From assembly GCA_965113315.1 (NCBI GenBank), contig OZ220363.1: a stretch of 64,000 nt of DNA; one strand, 5' to 3'. Shown here piece after piece: positions 52,901-64,000 of this stretch. How positions within the stretch are numbered: position 1 is the stretch's first letter; each line of letters starts with the position of its first letter. The stretch comes from Podarcis vaucheri (lineage: Eukaryota). A program made the translations under genes and the position numbers. The notes beneath the pieces are model-generated. The model saw only the letters and a program-made list of their open reading frames with translations. It was not told the origin of the DNA and did not search any database.

Positions 52901-55316
52901 ATTTCTCTAATTCATTGGTATAGATTTTTTTTTTGGGGGGGGAACGTGGAGACTATTTTTTGGAGATGCGGCATACAGGATTGGTGCATTTCCTGTCTTG
53001 AGTCCCAAACCCAATTTTCTGTATCAGTTTTCTTAGATCGCCAAGCTTTGCAAACAAGAAAGTAAGGTGAAGAAGGCTAGAGAAAAAGGAAATGGAAAGC
53101 ACTATGTAGGTGTCTGCAGAGGACAAAATTACACTTTACATAAAGGGGTACTATGTCTCCTATGCCTTGGGCATGGAAGCATTCCATTTCAAATACACCT
53201 GTGATATCTCCATAGGGAACCTATTGCTCCTCCTCAGAAAGAGAAAGTCTGAAAAGTGAATTAATTGCTAAGGATGTCCTCTTCTCTACAAGTGCTAAAA
53301 CAACCAACTTAAATAGCATCTGTTCAACTTGATTTTCACAGTCTAGTGCCATTACTACATCCTGAATGGTTACTGGGTATTATAATTAGAGAACTGGAAT
53401 ATAAGGATTGTCTAAAATAGTTTACAGTTTTATTTTCACTAATGACGGAATCATTTTTTTTGCAGTTCTGTGTCTTCCAGTTGGTCAGCACAGAGAGTCA
53501 GCGCTATAGTCTTGATCACATATCATCACTGTTCACTTCTCAGGTGGGAATGAATAAGATTTACATTAAAATGAATGTGTCTGTCAAGAAACATCAACTC
53601 TGCACTGATAGGGGTCAGTAGAGTACTGTCTTCCATTCCATCTTCCATTCTATATGAGATCAAGCAACATGATGTGATGTTGGAGAGGAAGGGATGTGTG
53701 TACCTGCCTCCTGTATATTCAGTTACTTCTGATCCATGGGATCTTCTGTGTGTAGCCCCAGTATTTGTCTGCTAGTAATAAATTAAACAATTATTAGTTT
53801 TTATAGATTCAACAAAATATAAGTTCTCTCCATTGTACTGTTATTATTTAGTTTCATTCTCTAGAGTACATTTAGGTTTGAAAATCATATTCACTTGTTC
53901 TAATCCACTCGTTGTGGTATGTTTTTAACTTAGGAGACCCTTGTTGACTTTTCCTTAACTACTGCTGAGATCTGGGCACTCTGGCATGATGATGAAAATA
54001 GAACCACTGTGAAATACATCAATTTTGAGCAGTAAGTTTTGTCCACCCCTGGTGTAACCATGAGCAGTAAATTGGGCGAGGAAAAAGTTACTTTAAGCCC
54101 TGAATCCAAATTAAAAAGGAGATTCTCTCAACACTAAGAGATGGCAGAAAGATACTTCAAAGAAAATAACTATAACCCTATGCTGGCACTTCTAGCAAGG
54201 ATTTGATACCTATTGATGAAGCATGGAGTTACCATATAGTTCTGCGTAAGGCATTTCTGGATGGCTCAGGAGGTTGAAAAAAGATCAGGGGAGCCATGTT
54301 TATAATACTTAGGATGGGCTGTGAGCAGCATGCAGGCTTGCTCAAGCAGTTAGTTTCATGCTTCACACCTGTTTAAGCTAAGAGGTGGCGACACAAGGTG
54401 AAAATTGGAAAGGAGATTTCTCTGTCTTCTGGTAGACTTGACATGTCACAGGAGCTCTTAGACTATTTGTTGAAACAGCCAGCAATTATATGTGTCAGCC
54501 GTCTTGGAGAAATGGACAAGCTACATTGTCTGGGGATGTTGTGGTTTTGAAGGGTCATACACTGGACTGGCAGGGCCAGCTTCACAGAAACAGGAAGACT
54601 TCCCTCCATTTTGTAGGTGGGAGGAAAATGACTGGATTTGGAAAGCTGCAGACCTGCTGAAATACAGTCCCTTAGATATCCCACTTGGCACTGAGGGAAG
54701 GGGACGATGATAGTCTCTGTGTGTGCATACACACATGTCCATGTAGGGGAAACCCGCATCAACAAACTTTCATTCATCTGTTTTTAGTTTATAATTGTAG
54801 GTTTGTGGTGTCATGGGTCAAAAATATGGAAGATGTTGGTTATGTTTAATTGTTCATAGTTATATATATTTATTTATTCTACTTGGAAGTAATCTTTTTT
54901 GAACTATAAATGTAAAGTTGGCTAAAATAGTCCAGTCTTGTTTTAGCAATGTTGCAGGTCAGTGGAACCAAGTCTCTGTGCAGCCCCTGCCACCTGAAGA
55001 AGTGGATATTAGAGATGACCAGGACCCAAGGGTGAGTTCTTCAAATTAATTAATTATGAATTTGAATGGCAAAACACAGATGAGTAGCACTTGTATGAAT
55101 CCCTAAACGTATGAACATTGCGTATATATGGGAAAAAACAAATCTGTGTGCTCAGTTGCTAAGAAGGAAGACCAGTGAAATGATGGATCTTTGAAAGAAG
55201 GCATTCTCCTTTTTAAAAAAAATTGTTAGATTAGGAGTGTCAAATATGCATTTTGTTTGGTCTGAAGTGCAAGACTCTTGGCTTTGACTAATTGATGTGT
55301 AAACGTTGTTCTCTTT

Positions 55317-55355
<39 letters not shown>

Positions 55356-58354
55356 ATATTACTCTTGGTGCTTCTTGTGTCCCAAAGTGTCTGAAAGCAA
55401 GATTCCTTTGGCCACCAGAAGCATGCCTTGTTTTTTTAAGTTCTTTTTTGTTGTTGTTGTTCAAAACTTTGTGTTTCAGAAATGAACTGTGCATCAATTT
55501 CTACACTTCATTTTACTCTTAGTTTCAAGGTTGATTTCTTTCTTTCAAGGTTTAGGCAGTATGTGTGGACCTCTAATGTATTAACAATTTCACATAGTTA
55601 ATATATAGTGCACATTGGAAATTGTCATATAAACTGAAGTTGAGCAGTTGCTAGAACATACTCATGGAACAATATTTGGACGTAGCTGTTAGTGGAAGGG
55701 AATAAAATGAATCACGTGATCTGCTTGGGAAATAATTAATTATGCTGACTCTTACAGGAAACATTTACAGAGGCCATCTTCATGCCTGGGCAGTTCACAA
55801 ATGCGGCTTTGCTTAAAGCTTTACAGGTGAGCAGGAACATCATCATTTGTTGGGGAGTTTCTGGAAAACCGTTACAACTTACACTAACAAGTCAATTGCA
55901 CAAAATGGCAAGATTGGCATTTGAGGCAGAAGGGCAGAGCACTCCACTGCTCTGCTCTGCTCTGCCAGTTCACAGCTACAGTGGCCTACTGTCAGCAGTC
56001 ATCTACATAGAACATTCTTTTTGACACTGCTTGGCATGCTGTTAGAATTCAAGTGTGAGATTTGGTAAGTCCTGGCACTATGTGCATTTAGGTTTAAGGG
56101 TGAGAAACATTTTTTAATTTTCCCTTAGATATTTTCTCAAAGAGCTGAGCACCTCACAGACCTGTCCTGGGATGAGCTGAAAAAAGAAATTACTATAGCT
56201 CTGGAAAATGAGGTAAGAGTTCCGTTTAGTCTTTGCCCCTCTTGTTGCTTCAACAGGATTACCTTCATTCTTGGATTCTTATTTCATTGGTTCTTTGTAA
56301 TAATTGTGCTTATATTTATGTGTTCGTTTTAAGATAGGTCAAATAATGCTCTACTGTTGTAATGCTAGTTTTTAGGGTGGTATCCAATCCAATGAAGTAT
56401 TTCTGGTAGGGTTAGGTTTTCCATGTGTGTCTCCCTAGAACAAATTATGGGGGCACATGGGGAGAGGAGAGGGAGGAAATTACCTTTAGCAGCCAACATC
56501 CTTGATTTAGCAGAACTGCTCCTTTGGATAGCTAACCTTCGGTCTGTGTTTTTGTTCTTGTTTTCCAGTTCCAAGGAAATGTGACTGAGTATGAATTCTC
56601 ACAAGAAGTATTTAGACAGCTGCAAATAGAATTTTGGTCAAAATTCTATGCTTACTGTGTTCAATACCAAGAAGAACTCTCACGCCCACTTGCACTTCTC
56701 TTGAATCAATGCACTAGCATGGTGTGCCTGCTTAAAAAGGTGAGAATCAGGTTAGAAAGAGGCAAATTTCAGATATTTATTTCATAGAGCAAAATGGGCC
56801 TGTCCAACTCAGGCAATGACCCTAACTATTGTGGACTTAAGTTTCAAGAGCTCTCAGTAGTGTGTAATTATAATTTTATGCAATAAATGTGGCAGATATA
56901 AATTTATATGGTTTATTTGTTTTACATGGGACTTTTTCCTGAGCAAATGTTGGTTAGAAATTCAGATGGTCCGTACTTTCAATAAGGATCTGAAAATCAC
57001 AGAAGCTGCTAAAAGATAGCTAGTTTGAGCTTTTCCTAAATTACAGTACACTATTTTGCCATTGTATCTTTGAATATTTATGATGCTGAGAATGTGGACT
57101 ACTCTATGGGCATTTCCCCCCTTCAGAATGTTGCTTTGAGCTTTCCATGTAAGTAAATCATCTTTTTGTGGTGTTTGAAAACTAAATGATGAGTGTATCT
57201 TCTCCCCACACAGGGATACCTGTCTTTTCTTGTGCCCTGCTCCCTAATGGATCACCTTTACCTTTCGCTTGATGAACAACTGGTGAATGAAGTTGAGAGC
57301 ACTGGCTTAGATGGTAAGAGAGAGTGAGCGCACGAACCCACTATAAGATGTTGTCGCCAGAGCAGAATTTAGAACATAGTCTTTACATTTTTTTAAAGTG
57401 TTTTTTTCCCCTGATAAATAGCCAGGATCCAGAAAGCCACTCACATCAGGCTTGCACTACTGCAGTGGAACTTCCAAGTTCTCAAAGCAAAACTTTACTT
57501 ACATGGAAAATAAACTGCTTTGGTAACCCTGCTCTGTTTTAAAAGCAATTTACCATGTTAGCATGTGGAGCTTTTGCTCAAGAAGTGTAAGCATAAAGGG
57601 TCTCTGGGCTCATAGATCTAATTTCTCACCTCTTTGGATTCCTGCCCATGTTGGTTATTTTCAGTTAGTCATATCCTAGCAGGTAACAATAATCTTGGTG
57701 CATCTCTCTCCAAGAACTTTTAAGGAATCAGTTCATGATCACTTTCCTAGAAGCACTTGCCTCATGTCAGCGGGTAAATGGATAAATTGAAAGGCTGGAT
57801 TGAGAGTTTTAAATCTATTGATGTTTCAAAATCATGCACTGTGGGAGAGTAACATAACTAGAGAGCAACATAACTAGGGAATTTCATTCTTGGTACTTCT
57901 TAGGTGTCCTGTTGACTTTAGTAAGCACTAATGAAGTGATTTTTTTGTGTTTTGCCCATGGATAGAATGTGCAAGCAAGAAGAAAGTATATTCTTAACTG
58001 GTTTTATCCCTGCTTTTCCAGCATAGTTGGCTTTTTATTGTGATTAATATATATATACACACGCACACTCTCTGAAATAAGTTCTAAACAACACCTTTTC
58101 ATTGTAGAATCTGAATTTTCTCATGATCTTGTGAGTCTTGTTCAGTGCCTTCGGTTAATTGGTGAATCAATTTCTGTGGAGATGGCACTAACAATGGAAA
58201 TGGCTTGCTGCCGTTCCCAGCCGCCAGAGAGAGCTGCAGGACAGATCCTTCATGACTTGATTGCTAATGACACGTAAGCATGCGCTATGAGCAAAGTAGG
58301 CCATTGATAAAAAATGATTTTCTCACTCCCTCTACAGCATTTAGCTGATTGGAT

Positions 58355-58427
<73 letters not shown>

Positions 58428-61400
58428 CTAGCCACAAGGTTCTAGTACTGTAGCTGTAGTTCTCAGAAAATGGGGGCTCACTATTCATTCTCCTCAGAGG
58501 GCAGAGGCAGCACAGTTGATAACCCTCCCTGTGGAGAAATGTCCTTCCAGATTTTAGGCCCTGCCTTCTTCAAGAGAGCAGTGTTACACACCAAGGCCTA
58601 AGTTTTTTTTCTGTCAGAGCTGAGAGATTCAGCCTTCAGTTTCTTTTTTTGTTAAAAATGTCCTCAATCTCACTGTTCCCCTCAGACAGGTAAAAACACT
58701 GTATATCTCCAGCTGAGGCCCAAGACAGTTTGAACCAAGGCCACACTACAAGCAAAATCCCTAGGGTCCCTGTGCTTAAAAAGTAGCCATATAAATTCAA
58801 ACGTTGTACAGTGTTTTTGTTACTTCATTTTTCTATTAAGAGTTTTTATATACTGCCTATTACAATCTGTCTCTAGGTAGTGTACCAATTACAGTCAGCT
58901 GATTGCAATAGTTTGTTCCAGATTACTTGTATCTTACAATTTCATGTTCCTCAACCCGAGGGTGTCATAGCCCATGAGACAGTGTGTGGAAAAATTAGTT
59001 GTAGGATGCCACATATAATTCTTAATAGGGTGGATAGTGTGTCTTCTGTATCATGTTTACTCCCTCATAACTGAATAAATTATCAATATATTTTATGAAG
59101 CCTAACACATTTTTCTGGTTTCCTTGAAGAGAGAATCTAATAGAGGATATTCACAGTAAATTGCAAGAGATCAAAAACCCAATTGATGCTATTGGGGTGC
59201 TTATCCGGGAAATGGACTATGAGACAGATGCAGAAATGGAAAGAGGACTCAATATTGGTGAGAGAACAGTGGCTCTACTCTCCCTCCCCCCTAACATTTT
59301 GATTCACTGAAAGCTGCTTATGTCAGTAGATACATATATTTTTGCCTTTTCTCACCTTACTTTCTACAGTCCAACCCCTAAATGTGCACATGCATCTCTC
59401 ACAGCTCTATGGTAGTAGCACAACAGTAAACATGGTGTGTCGGTGTGTGTACAAGATGTCCATGACTCGCTTTTTGCTTTGTCGGGACTTGTTGATTTTA
59501 CAGCAGCTCTTGCTACGGCTTGGAGATACTGTGAGTATATTGGAACAAAGTTGACTGTATGACCTCAAGCAGTACAATTCTTACATCATTAACTGAACAG
59601 CATGCTTTTTTTGCCAGAGAAAATGGGTGTTGAATAATAACGGAATGGTTACAGTGGTTGCTGAATGGACATTACTGTTTAGCTGTCAGGGTGCACTGTG
59701 TTGCTGACGCAACTTTCTTGGCAGCCAGGAAAGAACTTGGGGGCCAAAACGTATCTTGTCACAGAGCAGCATGTCTGAATCCAAGCCATTATTCTTATTA
59801 ACAAGAAGGAGCTTCAACTTAAGATCAGATAGTCATGTCATGTTTCCAACACCACCTGCTTACTTCAGTTAGATAGGCTCTGGGTTGATTTTCCTTCAGT
59901 CCCATTCAACCCACTTAAAATAGCACTCCTGTCTTTGGCTGTCTTGCTTTCAATATTTGTTGGCTTCATTCCTCTCCTTTCTAGCAACTGCTTAGGGACA
60001 GCCCTGAAGATATTGCTATAGCAAAATCAAAATGGGGTATAAATGTCTATATGTTGAAGGGGAGGATAATACCACAAGGATTTTTGCATCTTTTCTGAAT
60101 AATGTGAAAATACTTGGCCATTGACAGCTATTGAACAACAACCAATACTTATGTTGTGTTTTTAGGTATTGGGCGGAGGCCAGCTATACCACACTCAACA
60201 GAACTTGCTGCATCGCACGTCTCATTTGATATTATCATATTACCTGATCAGGTGGGCAAGTCAACGCTTGGCATCAGATGTTCCAGTTGATGAACTGTAA
60301 GTTCTTTACCTATAGTTTGTAATTAATATGATGGATGAAGTAGGCGTAGCCATTCTCTTTTCCTATAGCGAAAAATAGGCATTTTGTTTGATAATGGCAA
60401 GCAGCTAATTTGGACAGGTTCTGCTCAGGACTTTTCTGTCTGACAAGTATTTTTTCTTGGTTTCTTCAGGGAATGTAACCTACAGCATCTTTCTGTATTA
60501 AAACTGACAGATTCTACAGCTATAACGCCACTCAAGCTAGGTAAGAAATTAAAAGCTTTTTGTCTCTTTTTGGTTGTAAGTATGTTCAGTGACAATACAA
60601 GGCTTTGCTAAAAGATTAATCATGTTTATAGACATCAGTTCTCCAGTGCTCAGATTAAAATACTTTAAAGCAAGATAGTGCTGAAATCGTTGCTCAGAGA
60701 ACCTAAACTGCTATAGCTCAGGGGCCGTTTTTAACATTAACTCAGCCACCTTTACCGGCAGTCATTAGGCTAGATTTTTATTTTAAAATTGTTGGAATTT
60801 TCCAAATTTTAAGTATCCTACGTGCCGTATTTCCTATGCCTAGATTTTTCAAACTCGAAAGTTATATAGATAGCTAGAAAATCTGGTCTTTACCTGTCAA
60901 AACAGTTGGTGTTGTGTCTAAAAATGCAAAGTACATCTTAAGTAAGCAAAATCTAAAAATAGGCATTTAAGTTTACAGCCTTTCTTCCCTGCATCCCACT
61001 TGGATTTATTAGAAGCGGAATATAGAAGTTAGTATTAGGGAAACCATTAAATTGAAAAGTCATGTACAAAACATGTTTATGGCATTTTCTCATTGTTTAG
61101 AGATATTGATGCAGACAACATCTTTTAATCTGTTTTAGTGTCCAGCCCTCAAACTATCGTGGAGCTGTTCTTTCAGGAGGTAGCCCGAAAACACATAATA
61201 TCTCAACTGTTCCCACCTAACGCAGCCTTGGATGAATCAAGTTTGAGTTGGCCTCAAATGTTTTCTGCAATTTCGAGTTATCTCCTGCAGTTCTTGTATC
61301 CTTCAGTTGCAGCTTCTGCTTGAAACGGTGGACAGGAGCCACGCTTTCTTCTGTTCCTCTAGTGCGGGGATTCTTAAACTTTCTACCCCTGGGATAAAAG

Positions 61401-63713
61401 TTAACTGGGGCCCTCCAGACACAATGGGCAGGGGTGGAATCAGCAGACAGAGGCACAGTTTGGCATAACCAACTGACAATTACTGACATTTTATACTAAT
61501 CTTTTGCAAATTTCTGAAATTCTTTGCTCCAGTGATTCCTCTATGGCAGGGAGTTACAGTTCAGTTTTATTCAAGTAAAGTACAGAAGTTAGGTGGAATT
61601 CATCACTGTGCTCATTCAGTTCTTCCTGTGCAAGCATTCCAGCTTGCCAAATGTATCCTCCCTCCCTGCATGCTCTTCTGGGGGTTCTCTAGGATCCCCC
61701 CCAAACCAATTGTGAGGGTGCCTGTGGGGGGAGCCCCGTTGGCAAGGTGTGAAGTCTTTGTGCAGGGCTTCCACTCATGGGCCTGGCTAGCCAAATCCTG
61801 CCCATAGCTGCAGAGGCATGACTTGGCTTCCTCACTTTAGGCACAATTTTATGATCTAGAGCAGGGTAGTCAACCTTTTTATACCGACCGCCCACTAATG
61901 TATCTTTGTTGATGGTAACATTTTCTTACCGCTCACCAGTGCTCTATGGAAGGAGGATTCAGCTTCTGCCGTAGAACCCCCTACTGCCCACCTAGAATCC
62001 TGAAATGCCCACTAGTGGGTGGTCGGGACCAGGTTGACAACCCCTGATCTAGAGGCTCCTCCTTGCTCTTTTTACATTCACTTTTCACTCCTCTGAGTTT
62101 CCCTATTTTCCCCCATTCCTTTCTTCCCAGTTTTTTTTTAATGGTTCATCTTACTTGCTAATCCCCCCCTCCCTCCCTCCCTTTCCTTTCAGAGGGTTGG
62201 CAGCAAGGAAAGAGGACTGAGGTATGAGACTGTGTGAGAGAAGTGGAGGGATCAGAAGGCACAGGAGAAGCCCCAAGCACTTCTCCTTCTGTCTGTCCTT
62301 CTGCCTCCCGTCTTCCTGTTCTTCCTCTTCCTTCCCTCACACTAAGCCTGCTGCACTGCCCAACTCTTGTCTATTTCCTCTTCTCCCTTTCTGTTCCTGC
62401 CCTCCAACTCTGCATGCTACAGCCTCGCTCTCCAACCAGCTCCTGCTCCCATGCATCCCTATGATTGTACATGTGAGGAGCTGCTGTTCGTGGCATTGAT
62501 TCATTCAAAAGACTACAGCACAGTCAAGGGACAACCAAAATGATCAAGGGGGTGGAGTGACTCCCCTAGGAAGAAAGATTTACGGTGTTTGGGACTTTTT
62601 AGTTAGAAGAGAAAAGGCGAGGAAGACGTGATATGATAGAAGTTCATAAAATTAAGCCATGGTCTTGTCATCCATTCAAGAACCTATATTCCTTATGCAG
62701 TCTTCAGGTGGCCAAGCAATCCTAACTTCCTCTTTCCAGAGTGTTTGATGGGAGCTTGTCAGTATGCTCAACTGCAGGTGAGATCTTTATTTGTGAAATC
62801 CTTTACATTAATATTTAAAGGATAGAAGGAAAATACTTAAGTAGATCAGGTGGGAGCCTGGTTGAAAGCTAGCCCTGGTTTTGTATGCAGGGGTGTAAAG
62901 GGGCAGCTGATGGATCATTGGTACATATGGTGGGATGTTATCTAGAGATTAACTGAGAATATGAGCAGCAACTGGGGTTCATCTAGGGCATGTCTTATGA
63001 GGAGAGTGGGAAGCCGGTTTTGGAAAATTGTATTAAATTGAACTAATTTGGCAAGATTTATAATAATTTTGAAAATCTATAAAAGTAATTGGCAAAAAGA
63101 AAACTAGCACTGGTTCAAAGCAATGGATTAGTTGCGGGGAAGGATGCTATGTGCATGCTGCCCTAAAATAATCATCATCACTCAAAGGTAGCCCAGGTAA
63201 ATCAGGCAAATGGATCAAAACTGGATATTATGGCAGGGATTCTCAATCCAGCAGAGGCTCCCACTGGCTGAATTGGGGAGGCCATTTTTACCGACCCCCC
63301 TCACCTACAGTTACAGCACAAACTCCCATGTTTTTCTATAGGTTCCCCCAAAGGTATGGAGCAGAGGTTTGGGGGGCAGGGGTGTTTGAAAATGCCTCTC
63401 TTCTCTCCCCACTATACCACTGGGAGTATCCTGTGAAGAGAGTTAATCTCACAGGAACAGAGGCTCCAAGCCTAAATGTCTAGATCGGAATCCAGCCTAG
63501 CTGCTTGCCTGTTCATGTTTTTTAATTGGTGTGCGTTAAACAATGTCTGTCTGAGTACAGTGGGAAGTAAGACATAACATTGATTTGTCTGATTAGTGGA
63601 TGTTTGTATATTAGGAATATATTCGTTTTCTGGGACCTTGGTGCCATGTGAATATGGGGTCATGCTGTTTTATGATGGGACGCTGCTACCTTGTTATGGG
63701 AGAAGGGCACAAG
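46877..63713 (+). CDS. NUP160: NUP160 (nucleoporin 160, Y-complex), spliced CDS exons 1-22, continues beyond the window
   Basis: 22 exons join into 2673 nt (891 codons) with no stop. Motifs RNRFIHW, LEL..ESLDINLLNN, QDHKLRMWSYK, TIVELFFQEVARKHII and WPSNP match NUP160 as recalled. Confidence 0.96.
47130..47238 (+). CDS. NUP160: NUP160 exon 2
   Basis: GGSSLTPVRYADSAGGFWYQENAQLGSVTRNRFIH(W); |gtgagt. Confidence 0.93.
48532..48742 (+). CDS. NUP160: NUP160 exon 3
   Basis: ATSGGTLELVEESLDINLLNN...LPHPTRMYRS; 211 nt. Confidence 0.95.
49728..49950 (+). CDS. NUP160: NUP160 exon 4
   Basis: ELITESHVQSVFTDVGKV...GGIFVLNLPPHNTH; 223 nt. Confidence 0.95.
50336..50420 (+). CDS. NUP160: NUP160 exon 5 (ends at a GC donor)
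   Basis: MVSTLVVELKQSSVMQRLLTGWMPTAI(R); donor CAG|gctagt. Confidence 0.9.
50590..50996 (-). mobile_element. BovB/RTE LINE 3' fragment
   Basis: Translates to WTIKKADR*RIDAFELWCWRRLLRVPWTARRTN*...LQYFGHLMRREDSLEKTLMLGK (RTE C-terminus); (CAA)n tail; exact 12-bp TSD TCAGCCAGGTCT at 50578-50589 and 50997-51008. Confidence 0.9.
51904..52018 (+). CDS. NUP160: NUP160 exon 6
   Basis: GDQGPSELPVSLSVHCREHDALLFALYQDHKLRMWSYK. Confidence 0.95.
52329..52487 (+). CDS. NUP160: NUP160 exon 7
   Basis: DQMCLMVADMLEFVPV...GLYIGVYLHAPKQGQ. Confidence 0.95.
53466..53543 (+). CDS. NUP160: NUP160 exon 8
   Basis: FCVFQLVSTESQRYSLDHISSLFTSQ. Confidence 0.95.
53934..54031 (+). CDS. NUP160: NUP160 exon 9
   Basis: ETLVDFSLTTAEIWALWHDDENRTTVKYINFE(H). 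Confidence 0.95.
54947..55031 (+). CDS. NUP160: NUP160 exon 10
   Basis: NVAGQWNQVSVQPLPPEEVDIRDDQDPR. Confidence 0.95.
55320..55352. repeat. (TG)n microsatellite
   Basis: Direct reading. Confidence 0.95.
55758..55826 (+). CDS. NUP160: NUP160 exon 11
   Basis: ETFTEAIFMPGQFTNAALLKALQ. Confidence 0.94.
56129..56212 (+). CDS. NUP160: NUP160 exon 12
   Basis: IFSQRAEHLTDLSWDELKKEITIALENE. Confidence 0.94.
56569..56739 (+). CDS. NUP160: NUP160 exon 13
   Basis: FQGNVTEYEFSQEVFRQLQIEFWSKFY...MVCLLKK. Confidence 0.95.
57214..57313 (+). CDS. NUP160: NUP160 exon 14
   Basis: GYLSFLVPCSLMDHLYLSLDEQLVNEVESTGLD. Confidence 0.94.
58108..58273 (+). CDS. NUP160: NUP160 exon 15
   Basis: SEFSHDLVSLVQCLRLIGESISVEMALTMEMACCRSQPPERAAGQILHDLIAND(T). 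Confidence 0.94.
58357..58424. repeat. (GT)n(GA)n compound microsatellite
   Basis: Direct reading. Confidence 0.95.
59130..59257 (+). CDS. NUP160: NUP160 exon 16
   Basis: ENLIEDIHSKLQEIKNPIDAIGVLIREMDYETDAEMERGLNI. Confidence 0.94.
59370..59530 (+). CDS. NUP160: NUP160 exon 17
   Basis: QPLNVHMHLSQLYGSS...RFLLCRDLLILQQLLLRLGDT. Confidence 0.95.
60166..60296 (+). CDS. NUP160: NUP160 exon 18
   Basis: VLGGGQLYHTQQNLLHRTSHLILSYYLIRWASQRLASDVPVDE(L). Confidence 0.94.
60470..60540 (+). CDS. NUP160: NUP160 exon 19
   Basis: ECNLQHLSVLKLTDSTAITPLKL. Confidence 0.94.
61139..61295 (+). CDS. NUP160: NUP160 exon 20 (followed by U12 intron)
   Basis: SSPQTIVELFFQEVARKHIISQLF...ISSYLLQF(L); donor |GTATCCTT. 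Confidence 0.94.
61862..62046. mobile_element. hAT-type MITE inside the U12 intron
   Basis: Termini CAGGGTAGTCAACCT / AGGTTGACAACCCCTG; exact 8-bp TSD ATCTAGAG. Confidence 0.85.
62525..62655 (+). mobile_element. CR1 LINE fragment
   Basis: TKMIKGVE*LP*EER..FGTF...RRRGRRDMIEVHKI, a decayed CR1 motif. Confidence 0.6.
62708..62777 (+). CDS. NUP160: NUP160 exon 21
   Basis: WPSNPNFLFPECLMGACQYAQLQ. Confidence 0.94.
63615..63713 (+). CDS. NUP160: NUP160 exon 22
   Basis: EYIRFLGPWCHVNMGSCCFMMGRCYLVMGEGHK; |gtaaat. Confidence 0.94.
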
Positions 63714-64000
63714 GTAAATTCTTATTTGTCTAAAACAGATAAACATTTTATTGTTTGAGTTGAGAAACAAAAGGAGAGAAGTTGGTTAGACAGTAGTCAT
63801 AGCTAGGAGTGAGAGATTCTCAGCTATTTTTGAGGATCTTGATGTCTGCAGAGTGCTGTAGATTTGACAGCTTTGTTCTAAAAAGGAGCAAAATATAAAA
63901 TAAGTGTCAATTGTGTTACCAATTTAGGCTTTATTCAGATGAATCTGTCTACTGCTTTCCTAGAGTCAGATGCTTTGCTGTTCATTTCCGGCCTTCAGTG

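Larger units (their letters stand above)
61296..62707 (+). other. NUP160: U12-type (minor spliceosome) GT-AG intron, NUP160 intron 20
   Basis: 5' splice site GTATCCTT; branch-like TTCCTTAT at 62689-62696 with its A 12 nt from the 3' end; no long polypyrimidine tract; phase consistent (TT|G = Leu). Confidence 0.88.

Noticed and set aside
54026-54070. Duplicated TGAGCAGTAA 35 nt after the exon 9 donor
   Set aside because: Only 10 bp, a weaker donor, and frameshifting; consistent with chance.
47239-63614. Intronic snoRNAs in NUP160
   Set aside because: No convincing box C/D pair with a terminal stem, or H/ACA structure, seen by eye. An Infernal/Rfam scan would be decisive.
1-64000. Most ORFs in the six-frame track, and any prokaryote-style system (operon, CRISPR array, defence island)
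   Set aside because: The sequence is intron-rich vertebrate DNA. The short ORFs are chance frames, microsatellite translations (CVCV/THTH) or TE remnants. No regularly spaced repeat-spacer array was seen.

Overview
Vertebrate genomic DNA, not prokaryotic. Sauria-type SINEs, a BovB/RTE fragment, CR1/L2/L1 remnants and Tc1/mariner and hAT MITEs point to a squamate reptile, probably a lacertid lizard (inference). Two spliced genes lie head-to-head, each with its own CpG island. On the minus strand is PLEKHG3 (DH-PH RhoGEF): 11 phase-consistent coding exons between 16633 and 3451, a probable non-coding first exon near 38.3 kb, and a 3' end that I did not find in the window. On the plus strand is NUP160: 22 coding exons from ATG 46877 to 63713, giving 891 uninterrupted codons and continuing off the right edge. 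Gene identities rest on my manual exon translations compared with remembered human protein sequences; no database search was run. I found no convincing novel multi-gene system. The best leads are a U12 (minor-spliceosome) intron and an atypical GC donor in NUP160, apparent loss of the usual PLEKHG3 start codon, a transposon-derived ZNF143-type motif in the NUP160 promoter, possible cryptic U12 signals, a candidate microexon and two hairpins.
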